From contig JBFRWI010000094.1 in NCBI GenBank assembly GCA_051439505.1, forward strand, positions 1 through 21,891: a stretch of 21,891 nt of DNA, given 5' to 3'. The notes under the pieces are model-generated. The model was not told where the DNA came from and did not search any database. It was given only the letters and a program-made list of their open reading frames with translations. The DNA is from Hormoscilla sp. (GTDB lineage Bacteria; Cyanobacteriota; Cyanobacteriia; Cyanobacteriales; Desertifilaceae). A program made the position numbers and the translations under genes. Shown in pieces: positions 15,191 through 21,891 of the stretch; positions within the stretch are counted from its first letter, which is position 1; each line of letters begins with the position of its first letter.

Positions 15191-16810
15191 ATGGCTCAAT
15201 TTCAAGGGAAAGGGGGTATTCGCAAACGCAAAGCCTATGGCCCTAGGACTATGGGCAAGGTAGGTACTGGCACTCGGATCGAAAGTGCTCGGAGACAGCG
15301 CCGGCGGCGTCCGATGGAGCGAATTGCGACAAAACGGAAAACTCGGCGCCAGATGCAGAATGCCGAAAAAGTGCTAGTTTTGCCCAGAATAATAGGGCAG
15401 CGCCGGGGCAATGCTAGCAACAGAACAGATCCTCGTCGGGAACTGGGATCGTCATCGGCCCGCCGCCAGGTCAAAGGGGTTTTGCGTCCCCGGCGTCTCC
15501 TGGATAACGCCAGGAGACACAGCAACTCGGGGCGGGAAGGGGCCAAAGTTTTACCCCGGAGAAAAACTGCCCGGGTAAAAACCAGGATTAAAAAAACGAT
15601 TGCGCTTGGGGAACGGGAACTCACTCAACTAGGGAAACAACTTCGGGACAAAGTTCCTGTATTTCCAGGTAAGAAACTGCAAGTCTCGGGCAGAAAACCG
15701 CCTGTATCCCCTGTGATGTACGTAACTCGGATGCTGATCGCGGGGATCGGCATTAGCGCGATCGCGGGGACGGCGTTATCGATCTGGGATCCGGCGACAC
15801 GAGATATAAAGGAAGTTTCTCAGGGGCAGAGCGATCGGGCGATCCATGCCCAACAGATAGGATCCTTTAACGGGCCTCGCGGGTCGGCGAAATTTGTCGC
15901 TACGGGACTGAAGCTCTCTGAAGAAATGTACTCTCTCAGAGAAGAGGTGCAAACCCTGGCAGCCGCCAATTCCCAATTGACACCGGGAGTATTTATCCTA
16001 GAACTGGATGGGGGTGCCTATGTGGAGGTGAATAGCAATTCTACCTTTGCAGCTGCCAGTACGATTAAACTGCCGATTCTGGTGGCTTTTTTCCAGGATG
16101 TGGATGCGGGCAGGCTGCGTTTAGACTCCCAACTGACACTGGGTCGGGAGCACGTGGCGACGGGTTCGGGAACCATGCAGTATCACCCGTTAGGAAGCCA
16201 ATACTCGGCCCTGGAGGCGGCCAGGATGATGATTGCGATCAGCGACAATACAGCTACGAATATGCTGATCGAACGCTTGGGTGGTATAGATGTGCTCAAT
16301 CAGCGGTTTAAATCTTGGGGATTGCAGAAAACAGTCCTCCGCAACCATCTGCCGGATATTGAAGGCACCAATACTACTAACCCGAGAGATTTAGCTTATT
16401 TGATGGCCCGCATCGATCGAGGGGATTTGACATCAGGGCGATCGCGTGATCGGATGTTAGAGATCATGGAGGGCACTGAGACTACCCCTTTGCTCAAACC
16501 TGGCTTGGGTGAGGGTGCCACTATTGCCTATAAAACTGGTAATATTGGCTCGATGATTGCTGATGTGGGTTTGATCTCGTTGCCGAAGGGCAAGCGCTAC
16601 ATTGCTGCTATCATGGTAAATCGTCCTTTTAATGACGATCGGGCAAGAGAGTTGATTACTCAAATTTCTCGCGCGGCCTACAGGAAATTGGAACTGCTGG
16701 AGGTTCCTCCCAGTTCTCTGCCCGATCCTGCTATCCCGGCCCAGATGGATCCCGAGAGTCCGGAAAACTTGCCCATACAGTCTGTAGAAGCTACTGCTAA
16801 GCGAGGCTAA
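15191..16810 (+). CDS. Class A beta-lactamase-like serine hydrolase (cyanobacterial PBP-A type) with a long basic N-terminus and one TM segment
   Basis: SxxK (ASTIK), SDN and KTG motifs. TM-like segment [25 protein letters not shown] precedes the ATG at 15191; the frame is open from 15089. Confidence 0.9.
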   Translation: MAQFQGKGGIRKRKAYGPRTMGKVGTGTRIESARRQRRRRPMERIATKRKTRRQMQNAEKVLVLPRIIGQRRGNASNRTDPRRELGSSSARRQVKGVLRPRRLLDNARRHSNSGREGAKVLPRRKTARVKTRIKKTIALGERELTQLGKQLRDKVPVFPGKKLQVSGRKPPVSPVMYVTRMLIAGIGISAIAGTALSIWDPATRDIKEVSQGQSDRAIHAQQIGSFNGPRGSAKFVATGLKLSEEMYSLREEVQTLAAANSQLTPGVFILELDGGAYVEVNSNSTFAAASTIKLPILVAFFQDVDAGRLRLDSQLTLGREHVATGSGTMQYHPLGSQYSALEAARMMIAISDNTATNMLIERLGGIDVLNQRFKSWGLQKTVLRNHLPDIEGTNTTNPRDLAYLMARIDRGDLTSGRSRDRMLEIMEGTETTPLLKPGLGEGATIAYKTGNIGSMIADVGLISLPKGKRYIAAIMVNRPFNDDRARELITQISRAAYRKLELLEVPPSSLPDPAIPAQMDPESPENLPIQSVEATAKRG

Positions 16811-17811
16811 TGGTCGCCAGGAACCATTAACAATTGCCAAATTTCTTGTAGCAGCGGCTCTAGTCCGATCTGGGCAACGGCTGATATGCTGAAAACTGGG
16901 GTTTCCTTGATCGCCTGTAACTGGGTGGCGATCGCCCCAATATTCAGGGTATCATCTACTGCATCTACTTTATTGAGGGCAATAATTTGCGGACGATCTG
17001 CTAGTCCCCTACCATAGGCTTGCAATTCCTGTTCGATGATATGATAATTGGCGATCGGGTCTTCGCTGGTAACATCAATCAAATGCAGCAGCACGCGGGT
17101 GCGTTCGATATGTCGGAGAAACTCGTGACCCAAACCAGCACCGGTATGGGCCCCGGCGATCAAGCCCGGAATATCAGCAAATACGGTGCCATCACCTGTG
17201 GGTTTGCGCACCACTCCCAAGCTAGGGACTAATGTGGTAAAGGGGTAATCAGCAATTTTCGGCTTGGCAGCAGAGATGACGGAAATTAAAGTTGATTTGC
17301 CAGCATTGGGAAGACCAATAATTCCGACTTCTGCTAATAGTTTTAACTCCAAGCGCAGGTTAAATTCTTCTCCAGGCAACCCGGGTAAAGCATATTCGGG
17401 GGCGCGGTTGCGGTTGCTGAGAAAATGTTGATTTCCCAGACCGCCTTTACCGCCTTTAGCAACTACGATCGTCTCGTTTTCTGCTATAATATCTCCGATG
17501 AACTCGTCAGTTTCGGCATTATAGATAGCGGTGCCGCAGGGAACTTCCAGAATGCGATCGGCCCCATTAGCACCGGTACAATTTTTGGGTCCGCCGCGCT
17601 TGCCATTGTCGGCCTTAAAGATATGCTTGTACTTAAAATCGAGCAAGGTTTGCAAATGTGGGGTTCCAAGTATTACCACATCACCACCCTTGCCACCATT
17701 ACCTCCGGACGGTCCTCCAGCAGGAACGTACTTTTCGCGGCGAAAAGCTACTAACCCGTCGCCGCCGTCTCCCGCCTTCACCTGAATTTCTACTCGATCG
17801 ATAAATTGCAT
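16807..17811 (-). CDS. obgE: GTPase ObgE/CgtA
   Basis: Gly-rich Obg fold ([18 protein letters not shown]), [17 protein letters not shown] and NKVD. Overlaps the convergent gene by 4 bp. Confidence 0.98.
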   Translation of the reverse strand: MQFIDRVEIQVKAGDGGDGLVAFRREKYVPAGGPSGGNGGKGGDVVILGTPHLQTLLDFKYKHIFKADNGKRGGPKNCTGANGADRILEVPCGTAIYNAETDEFIGDIIAENETIVVAKGGKGGLGNQHFLSNRNRAPEYALPGLPGEEFNLRLELKLLAEVGIIGLPNAGKSTLISVISAAKPKIADYPFTTLVPSLGVVRKPTGDGTVFADIPGLIAGAHTGAGLGHEFLRHIERTRVLLHLIDVTSEDPIANYHIIEQELQAYGRGLADRPQIIALNKVDAVDDTLNIGAIATQLQAIKETPVFSISAVAQIGLEPLLQEIWQLLMVPGDH

Positions 17812-17899
17812 GGCAAGTTAATTGTTAATTGTCGTTGGTGCTTCCCAGACCCTATATGGGTAGTGTCAGCTTTATTCTATTCTATCTTAGATATTGCTT

Positions 17900-17982
17900 C
17901 TTGAGAATGGCAAATGGAGAATGGCAAATAGCTCACTTTTCAATTTTAAATTCTCCATTCTCAATTCTCCATTCTCAATTCT
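17900..17982. repeat. Opposed STRR heptamer tracts (GAATGGC/AAATGGA, then ATTCTCC/ATTCTCA)
   Basis: A purine-rich heptamer run is followed by a roughly complementary pyrimidine-rich heptamer run, upstream of obgE. Confidence 0.7.
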
Positions 17983-18008
17983 TAAGAAGCCAAACACCGG
18001 AGGCACTC

Positions 18009-18200
18009 GAACTAATCGGTCGTGCCGTGGCTGAATTTATACAGTCACATAAAATAGTCCCTCAGTCCGATCGGGTTGCGGCACTTGAGCGTTTCCTGGC
18101 GCTGGCGGAGGAGACATCAAAAAAACACCGCTTGCCAGAGGGCGATCGCTTTAACCGTGACGAACTATATGGGGAATATAATGCCCGTTTACCAGAATAG
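18009..18200 (+). pseudogene. 5'-truncated duplicate of the downstream antitoxin gene
   Basis: Aligns without gaps to 18342-18533 (offset 333). It lacks the first 28 codons, and the upstream part of ORF 17829 is translated STRR DNA. Confidence 0.7.
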
Positions 18201-18203
18201 GGG

Positions 18204-18232
18204 TTGCCAAAAAGTTAGCTACGCGCTATACT
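18204..18232 (+). promoter_or_regulatory. Sigma70-type promoter of the TA operon
   Basis: TTGCCA (18204-18209), 17-bp spacer, TATACT (18227-18232); GAGGT RBS before the ATG at 18258. Confidence 0.7.
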
Positions 18233-18257
18233 GCTAAATAAGTACAGAGGTAAGACG

Positions 18258-18575
18258 ATGGTAAAAAAATCGATCGACATTCCCGAAGCCCAGGATGAAG
18301 CGCTGAAGTCTTTGGCTCAAATCTTCGGTTTATCAGAAGAGGAGCTTATAGGTCGGGCTTTGGCTGAATTTATACAGTCACATAAGATTGTCCCTCAGTC
18401 CGATCGGGTTGCGGCACTTGAGCGTTTCCTGGCGCTGGCGGAGGAGACATCAAAAAAACACCGCTTGCCAGAGGGCTATCGCTTTAACCGTGACGAACTA
18501 TATGGGGAATATAATGCGCGTTTGCCAAAGGAGTCGTTGCCACAAAAGCACCTACAACATCAAACACAATCTTGA
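18258..18575 (+). CDS. Putative antitoxin with an RHH/CopG-like N-terminus (VapB-like)
   Basis: KKSIDIPEAQDEALKSLA...SEEELIGRALAEF fits a beta-helix-helix pattern. It has a C-terminal RFNRDELY motif and lies directly upstream of the PIN gene. Confidence 0.85.
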   Translation: MVKKSIDIPEAQDEALKSLAQIFGLSEEELIGRALAEFIQSHKIVPQSDRVAALERFLALAEETSKKHRLPEGYRFNRDELYGEYNARLPKESLPQKHLQHQTQS

Positions 18576-18587
18576 GGAGCAGTCGTT

Positions 18588-19049
18588 ATGATATCAGGTG
18601 CGTCTGACTATAGTTACCTACTGGACACAAACATTATTCTCTATCCACACGATCCGACAGATGCAGCGCGAAAAATGCGGGCGACTGAGTTACTTGTCAG
18701 GCTAGGGGGGAGATCAAGTGCAGCGTTGCCAGCCCAAGCGCTTGCCGAATTTGCAAATGTAGCATTGCGTAAATTCGTGCCGCCTATGGATTGGACTGCG
18801 ATCTATCGTAAAGTTCAAGAACTAGAGCAGGCTTTTCCGGTACTGCCACTCACACCGGAGGTAGTGTTGGAGGCGCTGCGGGGCGTGCGCGACCATGTTT
18901 TTTCTTACTATGATGCTCAGATTTGGGCGGTTGCCAAAATCTATCATATTCCAGTGGTTTTGAGCGAAGATTTTAACAGTGGATCGGTAATTGAGGGAGT
19001 AACGTTCTTGAATCCATTTGAAAGCAGTTTCGATATAACGACATTATGA
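18588..19049 (+). CDS. vapC: PIN-domain toxin (VapC family)
   Basis: LLDTNIILY, QALAEF.NV, FSYYDAQIWA.A, LSEDF and NPF carry the conserved acidic quartet; GAGGAG RBS upstream. Confidence 0.93.
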   Translation: MISGASDYSYLLDTNIILYPHDPTDAARKMRATELLVRLGGRSSAALPAQALAEFANVALRKFVPPMDWTAIYRKVQELEQAFPVLPLTPEVVLEALRGVRDHVFSYYDAQIWAVAKIYHIPVVLSEDFNSGSVIEGVTFLNPFESSFDITTL

Positions 19050-19090
19050 GACTAGAAGTTGCCCACCGATGCATAGAGTCTTTGAATATA

Positions 19091-19126
19091 GTAGGGTGGG
19101 CACCGCCCACCAGCACCTCGCCCACC
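19091..19126 (+). repeat. Family B GTAG-REP-like copy
   Basis: GTAGGGTGGGCACCGCCCACC is identical to 196-216 and is followed by a partial CGCCCACCA. Confidence 0.85.
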
Positions 19127-19235
19127 AGGGTGCCCCGCGATTGAAACATTCCACCAGAGGCATTTTATTCGTCCCCAATTTTACCATTGTCCTTACCATT
19201 TTCAGCGACATTCGGGAAAATATCCCGTGTTGCCA

Positions 19236-19352
19236 GGGCGAAGCATTTGGATACAAAAATTATTCTTTGTCCCGATAAGTTTTCGCCCAAATGCTAGCTG
19301 CTGCGCAGCCGCTGCGCAGTGGGCGCAGTGCGCGTAGCGCTACGCCCCTACA
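19236..19352. repeat. Inverted-repeat element (GGGCGAAGCATTTGG ... CCAAATGCT/ACGCCCCTAC) interrupted by a 42-bp insertion
   Basis: Left arm at 19236-19250. The right arm is split into 19287-19296 and 19339-19352. A related right-arm remnant lies at 346-369. Confidence 0.65.
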
Positions 19353-19413
19353 AGTTCTGTGGATAATAAAAATGGCTAAATAATGGGGGCGTTTTTTCAT
19401 CTTAACATATGGT

Positions 19414-19596
19414 GCGATCGCGCGGGGGCCAGAAACCGGGTTTCTTTACTAAATCTGCTGCCTGTAGCCCAAATTATTGCAGAAACCCGGTTTCTCGATA
19501 TTCGCGTCTGGAGGCGATCGCGAAAATCCCAGAAACCGGGTTTCTTTTACCAAATCTATTGCTTGTCGCCCAAATTATTGCAGAAACCCGGTTTCT
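19414..19596. repeat. Two ~100-bp tandem family C units, each a HIP1 site plus a palindrome pair
   Basis: HIP1 at 19414 and 19514; palindromes at 19431, 19481, 19531 and 19582. Confidence 0.88.
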
Positions 19597-19618
19597 TATA
19601 GTTTAAGCATCATTTTAT

Positions 19619-19684
19619 TAGTCGGTTTTAACCGACTTTAGCTATTAGCCGGGGGTTTGAACCCCCGGCGGGCTGACAGCGAAG
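19619..19684 (-). repeat. Family A double-hairpin element
   Basis: The core is identical to 2345-2399 and ends in GACAGCGAAG, like 2428-2437. Confidence 0.9.
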
Positions 19685-19707
19685 AGAGAGAACTTTCGCC
19701 CGAAAAT

Positions 19708-20985
19708 CTAAAAAATAAAAATCAGCCGTACCTCCCAAGTATTTAATTCTTTTCTAACAATTTCAATCTGACGCAGGAATTCCCGAAAGTAAAATCTCCT
19801 CTCTGACTCCGACAAGTCTAACCAAAATTGCGGGATGGAAACTGCCTCCGCCACCGATCGCAAATTTACAGGCGGTAACTCCGCCATCCGCCCTTGCAGT
19901 TCCGCTATTTCCGCGCGCAGTTTGTAAGCCCGGATCGCCCCTGTTTCTGCATCTAATATGCCATTTTCTATCAGATTTGGCAACTGCTTGAGGATCTCTT
20001 CCTGACGCCCGATCGCCCCTTGAATTTCCGACTTAACTGGGGACATATCCAGCATTTGTAAACCCCCGATCGCCCCTTGCAAGTCCCGACAAATTGCCGC
20101 AATAGTCTCTTGCAATACTAACTCATAATGCAGGGATTTGCACTTAGGCTGTTGGGGACAGTTAAGGGGACGCAAATAGAGATATTCTTGTTCTTTTCGA
20201 TACTGGGAGACTCTGGTAACCGTCATCTGGGAATGGCACGACCCGCAGACCACCAAACCCGCCAAAGAACGGGACGCACTAGCAGTCCGAGGGGGCAGGA
20301 GACGGTTGCGACGCAAGATTCTGTCTACCTGGGCCGCCTCTTCTCGTGAAATAATTGCTACATGGGTATCCGAGATTATCTCACCATCTCGGAAAGCCGT
20401 ATCCCCCCGATACACGGGGTTAGTCAACCACCGCCTTCCTGTAGAAACCGATATCTTCTTGCCATATCTCTTCTCCAAATAGCGCACCGCACCCCGCAAG
20501 GAACCATATAGCAGAAATTGTTCAAAAAAATCTTTTACTATTGATGCCGCCGCCCGATCGATCGCATAGCTATTTTTACCCCGCTTGTATCCGTAGGGTA
20601 CTTTACCCGGTGGCGGTTTACCTTGCAGGCGGTTGCGGGCATGTCCTTGACGAATGCGGCGACTGCGCTGGTAATATTGTATTTCCCGTAGCAGTTCCAG
20701 GACATCTTTGCGGTTAACTTCTGACTCTGTGGTAATAATATTAATACCGAGGGATTCTAGTTCTGCAAGATGTGAATTTACTTCCTCCACCGAGTCCCCC
20801 AATTCTTCCCAGCGTCGAATTAACAGATAAGTCGCGGGTGTCCTCCGACAGTCACTCAATAATTCCTGCAACTGTTGACGCCCGCCTATATCTGTATAGA
20901 CCCGATCGACCTCCCAACCCCAAACCCCAGGGTCCAGGGGCGGTTCTAACAGAGGGTCGCAGTAGGAATAGGCAATGATTTTCAT
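19708..20985 (-). CDS. Large serine recombinase-family protein with a degenerate catalytic domain
   Basis: Resolvase-like N-terminus, then G..PYGY and LTNPVYRG..H.AIIS.E recombinase motifs, an LAGLVVCGSC zinc-ribbon and a coiled-coil. The catalytic Y.RVS motif is replaced by YSYCD. Confidence 0.88.
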   Translation of the reverse strand: MKIIAYSYCDPLLEPPLDPGVWGWEVDRVYTDIGGRQQLQELLSDCRRTPATYLLIRRWEELGDSVEEVNSHLAELESLGINIITTESEVNRKDVLELLREIQYYQRSRRIRQGHARNRLQGKPPPGKVPYGYKRGKNSYAIDRAAASIVKDFFEQFLLYGSLRGAVRYLEKRYGKKISVSTGRRWLTNPVYRGDTAFRDGEIISDTHVAIISREEAAQVDRILRRNRLLPPRTASASRSLAGLVVCGSCHSQMTVTRVSQYRKEQEYLYLRPLNCPQQPKCKSLHYELVLQETIAAICRDLQGAIGGLQMLDMSPVKSEIQGAIGRQEEILKQLPNLIENGILDAETGAIRAYKLRAEIAELQGRMAELPPVNLRSVAEAVSIPQFWLDLSESERRFYFREFLRQIEIVRKELNTWEVRLIFIF

Positions 20986-21106
20986 ATCTGAAATGTCAGT
21001 GTTTATTTGTAAGCCAGTTGCATTAATGTTAAGAAATATTAAAAATTTGGACGATCGTCAAGACGATGGCATAGGATTAATTATAGTCCTAAAAGAGATC
21101 GGCAGC

Positions 21107-21891
21107 ATGGAACTGCTACACCAAGAAGGAGAGGCGATCGCCCAGCGCTATCGGATCGACGGCATCTTAGGAGAAGGGGGCAGCGGGACCACCTATCGCT
21201 CCCAAGATTTACAAACCGGTCAGGCAGTGGCCCTAAAAGCCCTGTCCCTGCGGCACCTCAGTGACTGGAAGATGATAGAACTGTTTGAACGAGAAGCTGC
21301 GGTGCTCGCTCAACTGAAGCATAGTTCAATTCCGCGTTATCTGGAATATTTTTCCGTAGATACACCGAGCGATCGCTGCTTCTACATTGCCCAGGAACTG
21401 GCGGACGGAGAATCTCTGGCAGCACTGGTGGAAAAAGGCTGGCACGCTACGGAAACAGAAGTACGTTCTATTGCCATTAAGATTCTAGAAATCCTGGTTT
21501 ACCTACAGCAACTTCAACCACCGGTTATCCACCGGGATATCAAGCCACAAAACATCATTCGTCGCGATGATGGACAGGTATATCTGGTAGACTTTGGGGC
21601 AGTACAGCAAACCTATCACAGCACATTAGCACGAGGTTCTACCGTAGTAGGAACCTTTGGCTACATGGCACCAGAACAATTTACAGGGAAAGCAGTACCG
21701 GCAACAGATTTATATGGTTTGGGCGCGACATTGCTGTTTTTGCTAACTCACCGTTCTCCTGCTGAGTTACCCACGGCTAGACTAAAGATAGATTTCCGTT
21801 CCCACGTCCAGATATCTGAGGAATTTGCCTGCTGGTTGTCCAAAATGATCGAACCCGATGTGGGAGAGAGATTTCACAATGCTTCTGAAGC
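21107..21891 (+). CDS. Hanks-type (Pkn2) Ser/Thr protein kinase; partial, runs off the window end
   Basis: Manual translation from ATG 21107 gives MELLHQEGEAIAQRYRIDGILGEGGSGTTY...VALK...HRDIKPQN...DFG...GTFGYMAPEQ...DLYGLG. It is absent from the ORF track because there is no stop in the window. Confidence 0.96.
   Translation, partial: MELLHQEGEAIAQRYRIDGILGEGGSGTTYRSQDLQTGQAVALKALSLRHLSDWKMIELFEREAAVLAQLKHSSIPRYLEYFSVDTPSDRCFYIAQELADGESLAALVEKGWHATETEVRSIAIKILEILVYLQQLQPPVIHRDIKPQNIIRRDDGQVYLVDFGAVQQTYHSTLARGSTVVGTFGYMAPEQFTGKAVPATDLYGLGATLLFLLTHRSPAELPTARLKIDFRSHVQISEEFACWLSKMIEPDVGERFHNASE

Noticed and set aside
15191..16810. Antibiotic-resistance beta-lactamase
   Set aside because: It is membrane-anchored with a PBP-A-like omega-loop region (LPDIEGTN), consistent with the cyanobacterial PBP-A family rather than a mobile beta-lactamase.
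17829..18008. N-terminal half of the 123-aa ORF as a genuine protein domain
   Set aside because: It uses a TTG start 18 bp from the divergent obgE start and translates heptamer STRRs (FSILNSPFSILHSQF).
19044..19606. Small ORFs 19044-19256, 19069-19278, 19383-19601, 19409-19606 (and 1465-1653)
   Set aside because: They consist largely of family B/C repeat translations (QKPGFF, RNRVS, ETGFL) with no protein-family signal.
17990..20985. Integrative element formed by the recombinase and the TA module
   Set aside because: The recombinase lacks catalytic motifs, and no att repeats, tRNA target or other mobility genes were seen.

Overview
Cyanobacterial chromosomal DNA, judged by abundant HIP1 GCGATCGC octamers, heptamer STRR tracts and the gene content; a filamentous lineage is likely but not provable from this window. 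Most of it is housekeeping or signalling: two Uma2 nucleases, a SagB-type nitroreductase, a pentapeptide protein, nfi, a four-GAF protein, DUF4126, aroE, iaaA, trmJ, a class A beta-lactamase-like PBP, obgE, an antitoxin/PIN toxin pair, a degenerate large serine recombinase and a partial Ser/Thr kinase. The intergenic spaces are dense with small palindromic repeat families. The most notable items are: (i) a GC-rich ~600-bp insert (11521-12120) with a 13.5 x 21-bp hairpin array that resembles, and abuts, a truncated copy of a dispersed double-hairpin element; (ii) that element family, which shows compensatory base changes and sits in sense orientation just after stop codons; (iii) a SemiSWEET/PQ-loop-like + TerB-like fusion protein; (iv) a partial antitoxin duplicate with mostly synonymous divergence and one HIP1-defining substitution; (v) a 42-bp insertion flanked by a GCTA duplication inside another repeat; and (vi) a perfect HLR1 (RpaB) box. 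No CRISPR array, tRNA, rRNA or transposase was seen.
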